Assembly: GCF_018977255.1 (NCBI RefSeq)
Contig: NW_024704798.1
Span: 248,001-312,000 of the forward strand
From: Callorhinchus milii
Taxonomy: Eukaryota
Direction of reading: 5' to 3'
DNA length: 64,000 nucleotides
Of this stretch, positions 53,546 to 64,000 are shown piece by piece. The notes beneath the pieces were generated by a model. It worked only from the letters and a program-made list of their open reading frames with translations, was not told the DNA's origin and ran no database searches. Position 1 is the first letter of the stretch. Each line of letters opens with the position of its first letter. A program made the translations under genes and the position numbers.

Positions 53546-55109
53546 CTAGCTATTCTAATAATAATCGTTGGGTTTGATTCAGTGTATTATCACGTCTTTG
53601 GGCTTCACAAATTGCTTCACAGAACAAACTTTAAAATAAATTGATTGCATATTATGTGGGGTAAATGCGCACCAAATTTCGTAGAGCAGCATCCCACAAA
53701 CATTTCTTGATTGAGTGACCACATTATTATTTTTTACAAGAACATTTCTTGAAGGTATAAGTAGCCCCAAACATGAGAAAAACTCAGAAACGTTTTCGCA
53801 CACACAACAGTATCACTTATACATGTATAAATTTGATACTCATGTAGAGCTAATCAGTCATGAAAATGGATTATCGGGTTCCTGTTTGAATACAGATTCA
53901 TAGACTCACTGAAATTAATGCAGATCAATAGTCTTACAAATTACCAACAACCAAAACATTCAATAGTTTCATGCTTCCAGTAGATACACTGACACAGTCA
54001 TTCGCAAATCCAACTGAAGTATATAGTACCATTCCTCACCATTGTAGCACAATACATTACATATCCGAATACATTGTTGAAAGGATCTGTACAACTTATT
54101 ATGCAGATTGACGTTATTTCAACGATACCTCATTCAAAAGTTTTGTTTGAGAAAACTGGATAAATAAATCCTGTCTGTTAGTCACACGTAAATAGTTTCA
54201 GACTTTGTGTATTATTAGCTGAAGGGATGCGTTTAAAGGCAATCATGAATCCAAGAAAAATTCTGGACGTGATGGATAACAGAAATTTCCAAGGACAGTA
54301 TGTACCAGCCTTACTCAGTGGAATCAATCTCACCTCTGGGTCAACAGTTTGTTGGTTCAAGCCCCATATTGGGACATGGGATCGCATTGTTTTCACTAGA
54401 TTTCTAATGCAGTGATGGGGCTGTGTTACATCGTGGGAGGTGCGGACCTTGTCATGAAACGTTCAACTGAGATCTGGCTGACTGTTCAGATGGAAGTTAA
54501 ATGTCTCATGGCACTAAACTATTTCCATTGTGAAGCATCATCCCAGAAATTTCTGAATCAAAAACGAAGGTGCTACTGATCTCCTGAGACAGACTGACAC
54601 ACATTCACTTTATTCCCTTTCAGTACTACTCTTGCGTCAATCAGTAAGCAATTTTTTCAAAGCTGATAATAGAAATTCCATTGTTTATCCATAGATGTGT
54701 ACTCAATAGGAATATTTGGAATATATTTCTTATCAGTGGGAATATTCTGATTAATTATGAATCCGGAAATCATTGTTGAATGAAATACATATATGCACAT
54801 TTGTGGTAAATAAAGCAAAATGTTCCACTATTGTGCCTTCTCTGTCCAGAACTTTGTGTTGCTTTGAGTAATAAAGAGTTAACTTTTGAGTTCCCCAGAC
54901 CTGTTGTCATGTCGGGTTTTGAGAACATTACGATCAGATAAGGAAGCCATTCTCCAGTCTGCAATATTTCTGTTGTCTCCAGGTGGAGCAGATCTTTTTG
55001 TCTTTGAAAGTGAAAGATCAGCTGTTGAACTGCAAGAGAGAAAACTGTCAGATGCTGTTTGTGCAAATTAATTTAATTGATGCGAAATCGGAAATTTTCA
55101 ATTCGTTCA

Positions 55110-55815
55110 TGCGAATCAAACGAGATTGAGCGAAATCGGCTTCAGGGTTGGAGTAACCTCTACAGCTTTGCTCAGTCGGTATCGGTAGAATCAATAGCCG
55201 CTCAGCGATGTAAATTAGTTACTGTCCAAAGCCACTTGTCCCCCTTCTGTCTTGGTCACTGAAGGCACCGTATGGGTAATGGAATCTCCTCAGGTCAGTC
55301 CTGAAAACAAGTTTAAAATAAAAATAACAGATTTTATCAATAAACAATACTGGCATTTGATACAGCGCCTTACGAAGTCTTCCAGACATCCCATAGAGCT
55401 TCACAGAATACACTGTAAAGTGAGTTGAATACATTTTGCATTCGAAACGCTGCAGCCAATTGCGCAAACCAGTGTCTCACAAACAAGTCATGGATTAAGT
55501 GATCAATTTATCATGAATTGTTTTTGAAGACATTATTGAACCTGAAATGCGAACCGCCTTTTTAGTCGATAGAATAACAATCAGGTTCATTATGCTGTGC
55601 ATGGAGTGAGAAAACGTGCCCAATATTTTGCCCTACAGGTAGTCAACATGGGTTTCTCGCTTGCGGGGTGTGCGCTCTGAACACTGAGCTACATGACTCC
55701 ACTGATAAAAGCTATGCAATCAATGTTGAGCATTGTCTGAAACTTTGGCGATTGGCCTTATTTGATTAACTATCATTAAATCAGCGAGGGCCAACACGAT
55801 CATAATTCCTCCCAT
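55110..55815 (-). pseudogene. TCR Vdelta-like pseudogene 3: leader MGGIMIVLALADLMI (55770-55815, donor damaged), V exon from 55300, 3'-truncated, no RSS
   Basis: GLT*GDSITHTVPSVTKTEGGQVALDSN*FTSLSGY*FYRYR… aligns to pseudogene 2; decayed SINE in the leader-V intron. Confidence 0.85.
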
Positions 55816-56724
55816 CGTCTCAGTTCTGTCTGCAGATGCCCATTGATTACCTGTGAGGTATTTGAGGTGATTAGCTCCAGCCCAGGCAGTGATAACGTGT
55901 GCTTTCATTTATGTCGTTCAAAAGGTAAAGTGCGAAACGTGCATGTGTTGAGAAACACATTCCAATTTCCAATGAATTATTTGTATTTGACTGGAAAAAG
56001 AGAACCACAGGATCCTGAATTATAACAGAAGAGGAGGAGGCCATTCGGCCCATCGTTTCTGATCTATGCCATCAAAGATTTTGTTGCTTAACAATTCCTT
56101 CAAATAAAAATAAAAATAATAATTGGTCACTTAATCTGTGCTTTTTTGTGGGACAATGCTGTGCGTATTTGGCTGTCGAAATTCGCCCGGAAAATATACA
56201 GTCGATTCGCTTAACTGTGTATTCTATGAAGCACTTTGAGACACCTCGAAGTCGTGATCAGGTGCTATATGAAATGCAAGAATTACGTAACTATTAAATA
56301 TATTGAATTCTGTTACTATTTTAGACTTGTCGTTAAGATCTGACCGGTGAAGATAATGTGAAAGAGCTAAGCAATCATTCCCACTGCTCCACTCTTTCCC
56401 AATAACCCTGCATTTACTTTTTTTTCCTGAGTGAGTACCCGTCCATTTCCCTTTGGAAAGCTGTTATGGAATCTGGTTCCACCAACTTTTCAGAGAGAGA
56501 ATTCAAAATCGTCAAATATCTCTGGTTTAAAGATTGTCTCCTTATGTACCATCTGGTCCTGTTGCCAATTATCTTCAATCTGCACAGCAATTGCTGTACT
56601 TGTTGCGACAGACGATTACGTGAACCTTCAGCAGACAGATTGACTTGTATTGAACGTGGTTCCTGTGAGACAGACTTCCTGGAAACAGACTGCTCGCCTC
56701 AGCGCCACATCACAAAGCTCAGAG

Positions 56725-56763
56725 AGTTATTGTACGAGGCTGTGACTGTTTCCCATCACTGTG
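56725..56763 (-). promoter_or_regulatory. 23-RSS of V pseudogene 2
   Basis: CACAGTG + 23 bp (atgggaaacagtcacagcctcgt) + ACAATAACT. Confidence 0.92.
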
Positions 56764-57565
56764 GGGCTGAACACACATTAATACACAGCGCGTCAGACAG
56801 CTGTAACTGGGAGATGGTTAATTTACTGGATTTTTTGGAGATCTGCAGCTCATCCGAGAAACGAGATTCAGCAAAATTCTCTTTATGTTCATAGGTATGT
56901 GTACACCTCTGTAGGATATACTCGGGTTGTGCCTCTGAGAGATGTCGGTACCAGTATAAGCAATACACCCTCAGTGATGTATGATAAATGCTGTCCAAAG
57001 TCACTTGTCCTCCTTCTGCCTCAGTCACTGAAGATTGCGACTGAGCTACAGAATCTCCCCGGGTCAGACCTGAAACACAAGCGAAAAATAAAAATGAACA
57101 GATTTTTTTAAAAAACCTTGCATTTGTTATTCTTATGTCTTATCGACGTTTCACAACACTTCACAGAATATACTGTGAAGTGAATTGAATGTATATTTTG
57201 TGAAAAAAGCCTGACAGCCAATTGCGCAAAGTAGTGTTTCACAAACAGCGCAGATTAAAATACTAATTTATTATTTTTTTCTTGGAAGAATTATTCCACC
57301 TGATCAAACGATCCACCAATTGGCTGACAAACGGTTCGTATAATTTCTGAGTGGAGTAATTCAAGAAGCCCAATGTTTCGCCCTGAGGGGAATCGAACTC
57401 TGATCTCTCGCTTGCGAGGTGAGCACTCTATATGCTGATCTACAAGATTCCACCAATAAAAGCCATGCAATCAATTTTGAACATTGGCTTAAAGTTTAGT
57501 TATTTGCCTTAATTGATCACCTGGTAGTAAAACAGCCAGAATCACCCAGATCACAATTCCCCCAT
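56764..57565 (-). pseudogene. TCR Vdelta-like pseudogene 2: leader 57521-57565 (45 nt, frameshifted), V exon 56764-57069
   Basis: GLTRGDSVAQSQSSVTEAEGGQVTLDSIY…LYWYRH…SKLTISQLQLSD. First Cys replaced by Ser (AGC); 1-nt deletion and TAA in the D.AVYYC motif. Confidence 0.92.
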
Positions 57566-58577
57566 CGTCTGAGCTCTATCTGCAGATGCCCATTGATTAC
57601 TTGTAGGATATTTGAGACGATTGGCTCCAGCCCCAGCAGTCACTACGTGTGCTGTCGCCCAATTGGTAAAGTGGAGAAGGTCCTCGTGATCAGCAACAAT
57701 TTGCAACCAATTATTCTTTTATGACTCAAACCATGGAAAAATAAGATCGTGGATCATAGCTGAACAGAAGGAGGATATTCGCTGCATTGTGACTGTTTCT
57801 ACTCTACTAAAGATATGAACACTCAGTTCCACGCCCCAAACTTTCCCCCTCGCCTTGCAATTTTATTTTGAGTTGTAAGATCCAGTCCAATTACCTTTTG
57901 ACAGCTACTGTCGAATCTGTTGCCACCAAAATATCAGGATGTACATTCTAAACTGTAACAAGTCTATTGATTAAATAAATGTCTGTCAGTCTCCCCTCAA
58001 GTTCTTTTGCCAATTAACTTCAATCTGCGAAATCAATTCAGGAGCTGTAAAAGTTTAATATGGAAAATAAATGTGATGTATGATATTTATAAAGAAATAG
58101 GAATGAAATTCAATAAACGATTAAATTACGTTTCACACAAAAAATTTACCACAACACCATGTGCACAGTTAACCGTCACTGAGAAAAATGGGCCGAAATC
58201 TGTTGCCAAAGTGTCAAAGACGTTATGAAAGAGGGATATCTCAAAGCATTACACGCGATATAACCTGAAGTTTAGTGACTGTATCTGTTCGTCAATTGCC
58301 AGTTAGTTACCTTTATAGTATATTCTGTGAAGCGCTTTGAGACATCTCGAAGACGTGAAAAGGCGTTGCATTAAGTGTAAGGATTAATACCATTTGTTTC
58401 ACTCTTTCAATACATGAACCACTCTATGACTTTTGCTTGAGGTTGGCAATTATTCACGTGTTTCCTCTGAGAGACACAGCAGCAAAGTCACAACTTGCTA
58501 AATAGGTCAACTGTCAGGACTAACATCTGTGCTGAGATTTAACCCTTTCTCTCCTCTTTGGAGGTTGAGGTTCTGTG

Positions 58578-58884
58578 GTGTAGTCTGACAGTAATACTCT
58601 GTGTCTGATGGCACATAATGTTTGGTGTCAGATAGAGCCAATGGGAACACAGCTACAGTGGATCTCTTCCTTCTCGTGCACAGATTTGGCATGTGTTGTA
58701 AATTCAGCACGGAAAGTGTCCCATCATAATCATGTCTCGTCGTGTACAGAGGAAGCTCCCCTGGATACCGACTCTACTAGAACATTAAAAAAATTCGTGA
58801 AATCAGCAGAGTATCTGCAGCTCAGGTTTGCAGTCTGTCCTTCGGTAGCAGACACTTTCATCTGTGATGGTTCACTCGCTGTCC
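58578..58884 (-). pseudogene. TCR V pseudogene 1 (alpha/delta-like)
   Basis: GTASEPSQMKVSATEGQTANLSCRYS…; frameshift in a T7 run; WY codons read TAG TAG; ends TEYYC. Heptamer-like CACAGAA without a good nonamer. Confidence 0.8.
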
Positions 58885-60050
58885 CTATAGCCAGAGAGAA
58901 TATATTATTCACTGTCACGCAGAGGCCTGAGGTAAATCCCCAAATTTTTTTCGGGTTGAGAGGGATATATTTACACATCACGCCCAATAACAGTGAATTT
59001 AACACGCAAAATATTTAACAGCACAAATGTGCTGCCGTGTTATCCTACAAAGCACATAGCAACTCAACTTTACCGTCAAACTATGTGAAGAGCTTTAAGT
59101 TATACTCCAAACCGGAATATATGTAAGGACTATTGTTCCTTCATCAACAAGATTTATTTTCTCTGCTGGATTGTCAAAAAAATCAACCTTGTGTTCTAAC
59201 GTAGGTCAAGTAACCCACAATTCTGCCTCAAACCCCATATATTTCTATATTCCAGTTGTCCATTCAATGCCATTTCAAATCAGCGATTATGTTGACTTCA
59301 GCTGCTGCAAGTAATGTAATTGCAATCATTGCGTTTGATGGAATGATTGAATATTTTCAACTTTAGTGCACAGCAGCGTGTTACAAATAATCGTGGATTG
59401 AGTAGCAAAACTTATATTTGCCAACAATTCTTGCAGGGGTCATTACCCCAGAAATTAATCCGACAGTCGACCAACAACCGCGTTCCTGCTTACTGCAAGC
59501 AAAAGAGAGACGCGAGTATTGAGTAAAGAAACTTGTCCAACTTTTCGACTGCCTGGGAATCGAACCCAAGTCCTCTCACTCACCACTGAGGTACAATTCT
59601 CCACTGAGATCAACATATCAACTTAAAAAAATGTGTTAAAATGTATGTCGCATCATTTTAAGTGCTCACTCTTACAATCAAAAGTATTGGCTGCTTTATA
59701 TTTACTACAAAGTATACTGTCAATTCAGTTTACAGGATATTCTGTGAAGCGCTTTGAGACGTCTCAATGATGTGCTGCAGCGGAAAATCAAACGTAGGGA
59801 TAACTCTATTTGTTATTGTGTTGCTACAACTGTTACTTTCAACATGTCTAATTTCCAACGAACACTTATCACAATCTAATACCTGTCGGTGAAAAATATC
59901 TTAAACATTCAGCAAGAAGTGTATCACATATTTTATTTCACGTCATATGAACTCAATCATGTGAAAGCTATGATAGCAGATTGGAAAAGGTTTGTTACAC
60001 TGTCTGTCACTAACTGTACTGCACTGTTTCGCAGCTTTGGTTGTGATGAG

Positions 60051-60089
60051 GGTTATTGTACGAGGCTTCCTAAGATGTGTATCACTGTG
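60051..60089 (-). promoter_or_regulatory. 23-RSS of the supporting Vdelta
   Basis: CACAGTG + 23 bp (atacacatcttaggaagcctcgt) + ACAATAACC. Confidence 0.95.
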
Positions 60090-60391
60090 GTGCAGACTGA
60101 GTGCACAGTGATACATAGCGGAGTCTGTCAGCCGCAGGCCGGCGATGGTTAAAATGCTGATTTTCTTGGCAGTGTCAAGAGAAGCAGAAATGTGATCTCC
60201 AGTGGGGTTTCCTCCCTCTCCTGAGCGTTTTCTGTGGAGCAGATATTCCAGTGTCTCACCAGGGGACTGACGGTACCAGGAGACGCTGAAGTCCTGACCG
60301 CAGAATCCTGAATATTGGCAATGTAAATTTATCCTCTCACCAGCAAAAGCAGTCTGTTCAGGCGGTGACTGGGAAACTGTAAACCTCGATC
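60090..60391 (-). CDS. Leaderless NAR-TCR supporting Vdelta segment, open, with extra CDR1 Cys
   Basis: SRFTVSQSPPEQTAFAGERINLHCQYSGFCGQDFSVSWYRQSPGETLEYLL…LTIAGLRLTDSAMYHCALSLH. Acceptor ttctgtag| is in phase with the upstream J donor; no leader seen in 60392-60824. Confidence 0.93.
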
Positions 60392-60824
60392 CTACAGAAG
60401 GCACATTAAAAGTCACATATGATCACGGAATTATGAAATGTTAACCACAGAAGTAGGCAATTCGACCCATTTTGTTTGAGCCAGCTTTCTGAAGAGCTGT
60501 CCAACCAATTCCACTCCCACGAGCTTTTCACATTACCTTGTGCTTTATTCCCCTTCTGAAATTTATTATCGAATCTGCTTCCAGCTCCATTTCACAGAGT
60601 GCAAATAAATCCTCATTATCTACCCTCGTGTTGTTTAGTCTTACAGATAGGTTCTCTAATTACCGAACCACTGGCGAGTGGAAACATTTTAATCGGTCAA
60701 GTGGTTTGTTGAAATGGCTCAGTTGTATATATTTGGGAGCAAAGACTTCGAATAAAGCATTTTACTAATTCATGTGAATAAAATTGATGTGAACTGCAAA
60801 TTTGCAGATGTATTTCTCACTTAC

Positions 60825-60878
60825 TTTTCGTTACGGTTACTTTGGTTGGTGATCCATCTTCGGTATATTCTTTAAAAC
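60825..60878 (-). CDS. NAR-TCR J segment (FKEYTEDGSPTKVTVTK) with phase-1 donor gtaagt
   Basis: 54 nt bounded by a 23-RSS and A|gtaagt; splices in frame (A+GA=Arg) to 60391. Confidence 0.85.
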
Positions 60879-60917
60879 CACAGTCACACGGCTCTCAATC
60901 TACAAGGTGCAAAAACT
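60879..60917 (+). promoter_or_regulatory. 23-RSS 5' of the J segment
   Basis: CACAGTC + 23 bp + GCAAAAACT. Confidence 0.88.
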
Positions 60918-61230
60918 GTGCAATCAGTTCATGGTGTAATACAGTCACCAATAACATCACTTGATTTCAAATTGGTCATTAATTGCTATCACTCCAACAC
61001 TGTCCCATCTTCCAATATTTTGGGCTTGCAAATCATGTTTAATTTCGATATTATTTCCACCCAAACACAGACAAAGTGCACGGCAATAAGAACATTTTTC
61101 TATAAAGCTCCAGCAATCAGCTGCTTGAAGTAATATATTTCGAAAGCAAAATTTCGACACATTGAACAACGCAGAATAGGACACCATCATCAGTGACACG
61201 CCCGATGCATTTACAAGTCAATAGCTGTAT

Positions 61231-61301
61231 GTTATTTGTGCTGATGTTTTCCAGTGTGCCTTCCCCAGCTAACACATTCTTTTACCGTCAACACAAAAAG
61301 C
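61231..61301 (-). other. D segment (61259-61272, TTAGCTGGGGAAGG) flanked by 12-bp and 12/13-bp RSS
   Basis: Plus strand: GTTATTTGT-12-CAGTGTG [14 nt] CACATTC-13-ACAAAAAGC; G-rich core typical of D segments. Confidence 0.8.
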
Positions 61302-61626
61302 AATGGTTTGAAGAAAAAATTAAAATGTTTCCTGCCATTTAAAAGTTATCAATCAGTGACATAACTGAAAAGTTCTTTAGTATATTGTCCATGGAGGTCT
61401 TTGCATGCTGTCTGTCTTTGTAATAAATTGCTAGTTACATGAATCCAAGAAAAGCTCTCACGTCAGGTTCATACTCACTCACTTTTCCGAAGTATTCTTA
61501 AACAAAAGTCGTTTTCTGAAGAAAGTGCTATTACACATCATTGTGCATCACATACCAGTGAGGAATGTGTATTGAAACATTGAGGAGTTCACATTTTCTG
61601 TGATTTTCCTGTGAGTTGGTGAAGGG

Positions 61627-61664
61627 GTTTTTTGTATTGTCGGAAGCCCAGATACAGCATTGTG
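61627..61664 (-). promoter_or_regulatory. 22/23-RSS of the NAR-like V
   Basis: CACAATG + 22 bp + ACAAAAAAC(C). Confidence 0.9.
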
Positions 61665-61947
61665 CTATACCAGTATCGAGCTGTACATCTGTAGTCAGCG
61701 CTGTCTTCAACTTTCAAATCATTAATTTCCAGAGAAGACGATTTCGATCCCGTGTCTGTCTTTACAACAAACCTTCCTTCACGAGGGATGGGATTCCAGT
61801 TTGCCCCCTTTCCAAATTGCATAAAAAATTCCATGTTCATGAAATTATCATTGTACCCTTCTTCAAAGACACAGCTGATGGTCAAAGCCTCGCATTCTTC
61901 TTTCCTAAGAGAGGATGGGGTCTGCTTTACTGAGGCACTGAAAACAT
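61665..61947 (-). CDS. NAR-type V exon (NAR-TCR V), open
   Basis: VFSA-SVKQTPSSLRKEECEALTISCVFEEGYNDNFMNMEFFMQFGKGANWNPIPREGRFVVKTDTGSKSSSLEINDLKVEDSADYRCTARYWY. Short C-to-D strand distance (no CDR2), and FR3 closely resembles IgNAR [31 protein letters not shown]. Confidence 0.93.
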
Positions 61948-62348
61948 CTGAAAATTATACACAACATAACATCAGTCAAAAACGTCTGCAATGCTGACCG
62001 CTTCTATAACATTTACATCCCAAGCTTTGGCTTGATTTTGATTGATATCAATTAACATAATATAATCCCGACATACAATTTCATTATAATATCAATTCAT
62101 ATAAATAATTTAATATATAATATGATTATCAGAATATAATTAAAAGCAATTCTCTGTCTAATTCCCGCCACAAACAACGTAGTTATTTCACTTCACAATA
62201 TATTCCGAGAAGAACCTTCAAACGTCTCATCGAAGTGACAAAGCAACATATCAACGCAAGGATCATTATTGTAATTATTATATAGCACATTGTTAGGATG
62301 ATATTCACTGGTGCTGTGTAGTGCTGTGTTATGGAAACAAACACTTAC

Positions 62349-62391
62349 ATTGTAAGAAGAGGAAGGAGATGGAGATACAGAGGAGAGGCAT
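62349..62391 (-). CDS. Leader exon of the NAR-like V (MPLLCISISFLFLQ)
   Basis: 43 nt, T|gtaagt donor; joins in frame to the V exon (T+AT=Tyr, YVFSA as in NAR leaders). Confidence 0.9.
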
Positions 62392-62439
62392 TCTCTCAAC
62401 GCTGAGAGATACCGTCAGCCCCGGACACCTCAGAGTGAC

Positions 62440-62560
62440 TGTGAGTAACACAGAGCTGTTCTGTGACTCAGAGCAGAAGGCGGAAGACGAGGCTTTTCTG
62501 TTGAATTTTGACCACTCCATTAGGAATGAATGGACAACTGACGTGGAGCCAATGAGAGGA
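62440..62560 (-). promoter_or_regulatory. Putative NAR-V promoter motif cluster
   Basis: AP-1 tgactca (~62464), RUNX-like accac, CRE-like tgacgtgg (~62539), ccaat and ETS-like aggaag within 170 bp upstream of the ATG. Confidence 0.35.
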
Positions 62561-64000
62561 AGTCAATAAACTGACACTGGGAATGGGACAACGTCTGCGT
62601 GATGGAGCTCCTCAACGACATAATAAGGTACAGTTTGAAATCGAAGGCTTATTATTTATCTGTGGCTCGGCCAATCTGTCTGTCTGTCTGTCTGTCTGAC
62701 TGTCTTTCTTTGAAACCTTAGGAACGTTTCCGTTCTCAACACACACATATATACACACACATACACACACACTCACACACACACATCTCTGTCTATCTGG
62801 CAGTAAATGGGAACCCGCTTGGTTGTTAAATGTTGATTTGCTTGGCATGGGCAAAAATCCCAGCATCATAATAATAATTTGGTTGCTTAATCCATGACTG
62901 TGAGTGGGACGCCGCGTTTTGTAGGCGAAATGCACCAAATGTTTGGCGCGTTTTGCCCACCAAACATACAGTCACTACGCTTTACTATGTATTATGTGAA
63001 GCGCTTTGTGATGGTATGGATGACGTGATGAGGCGTTGTATAAAATGCAAGGAGTGTTATTATAATTAATTGTTTTCGCAAACGTCACTGTCCTTGAACA
63101 CTGACCTGATTTAGGGGGTGTAAAGAGAAGCTGATTACCGGTGTTATCATAAGTTTGCGATTATTTCCCTTCTTGAACTGTGGACTTGGAGGGCCAAGCA
63201 GTTTGTCGCTGTATGTGATAGAAAGGTAATAGGTTTATCATTGAAGCCAGTTTTTCGCTGAAAAACATGCTAACGCTTGCATAATATATTGATCGATATC
63301 ATGATCCAAAACTTACACTAATTATAATGAATAGTTGATGGACTTTATATATTGTTGGTAAATTGAATCGGATAACTGTGCGTAGCAGTGTCCCACAGTG
63401 AGTCGTGGATTGAGGGACGGAATTCATATTTTACTTATGTATTTACGGACATTTTAAAAATATATATATAATTGGATTATTGACCCCCCGGTAAGCGATC
63501 TGCCAATGGACTGACAAGTATGTTCCAACTTACTGTTAGTTAAACGATGGCGTGTATAGAGAAATGAATCTAACCTGGGAATCCAATCCTGCACGGCCCA
63601 TGTCCTCTGTGTTGCTGTAACCATTAATCTACAGGACTCCGCATTACTTACATTGCTAAGTGCTTATGAGGAGTGCTCCCGATGTGTAATCCGCTGTATA
63701 AGAGTCAGTATTATTGTATTGCTGATGGCGGCATCTAATGTTGATTCAGAAGATTGTCAGTGTCTGTGTTGTCTCGGGATGAGTTTACTGGTGAAACAAG
63801 CAAATTGGTTTAGATTTGCACCGGTACCCATTGAGAGCAGACACGAAGCCGTGCACCATCAGTATTTCTCACGGATAAACACACTCCATCTGAACAACCA
63901 CCTCTTCAACCACCGCTTCCCAACGTCTTTACTCCTATTCCCCAGGAAGTTCCCCAGCCACCCACCGCCCCAGCTACCACCAGCTCCTCCCAGATCACCA

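Noticed and set aside
58930-59005. Leader for V pseudogene 1 (VLNSLLLGVM)
   Set aside because: No in-frame ATG; an upstream TAA closes the frame, so it was not annotated as an exon.
61507-61560. Possible second D segment (cattgtg at 61539-61545)
   Set aside because: No acceptable nonamer at 12 or 23 bp and no opposing heptamer-nonamer.

Overview
Vertebrate, non-prokaryotic DNA, almost certainly from a cartilaginous fish (inferred from a NAR-type V domain plus abundant tRNA-Ala/Deu-core SINEs, L2 and CR1 fragments; possibly a holocephalan). The window is part of a T-cell receptor alpha/delta V array on the minus strand. At the right end is a complete, open NAR-TCR cassette: leader, NAR-like V with 22/23-RSS, a 14-nt D with 12/12(13)-RSS, a J with 23-RSS and splice donor, and a leaderless supporting Vdelta with a CDR1 Cys and 23-RSS. 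Three V pseudogenes follow. Embedded on the opposite (+) strand at 32.5-43.3 kb is a WC1/CD163L1/SCART-like scavenger receptor gene: 7 SRCR exons, hinge, TM, and four cytoplasmic exons, three of which carry YEEI, YDDA and YDYI motifs. It has a TGG>TAG stop in SRCR5. The left 30 kb is a mosaic of recent segmental duplications with an assembly gap. An older inverted paralog of the left end lies at 46.2-51.8 kb, where a 52-bp seed has expanded into about 28 tandem copies. No D/J/C of the conventional delta chain is visible. All analysis was by eye and manual translation; no database searches were run.
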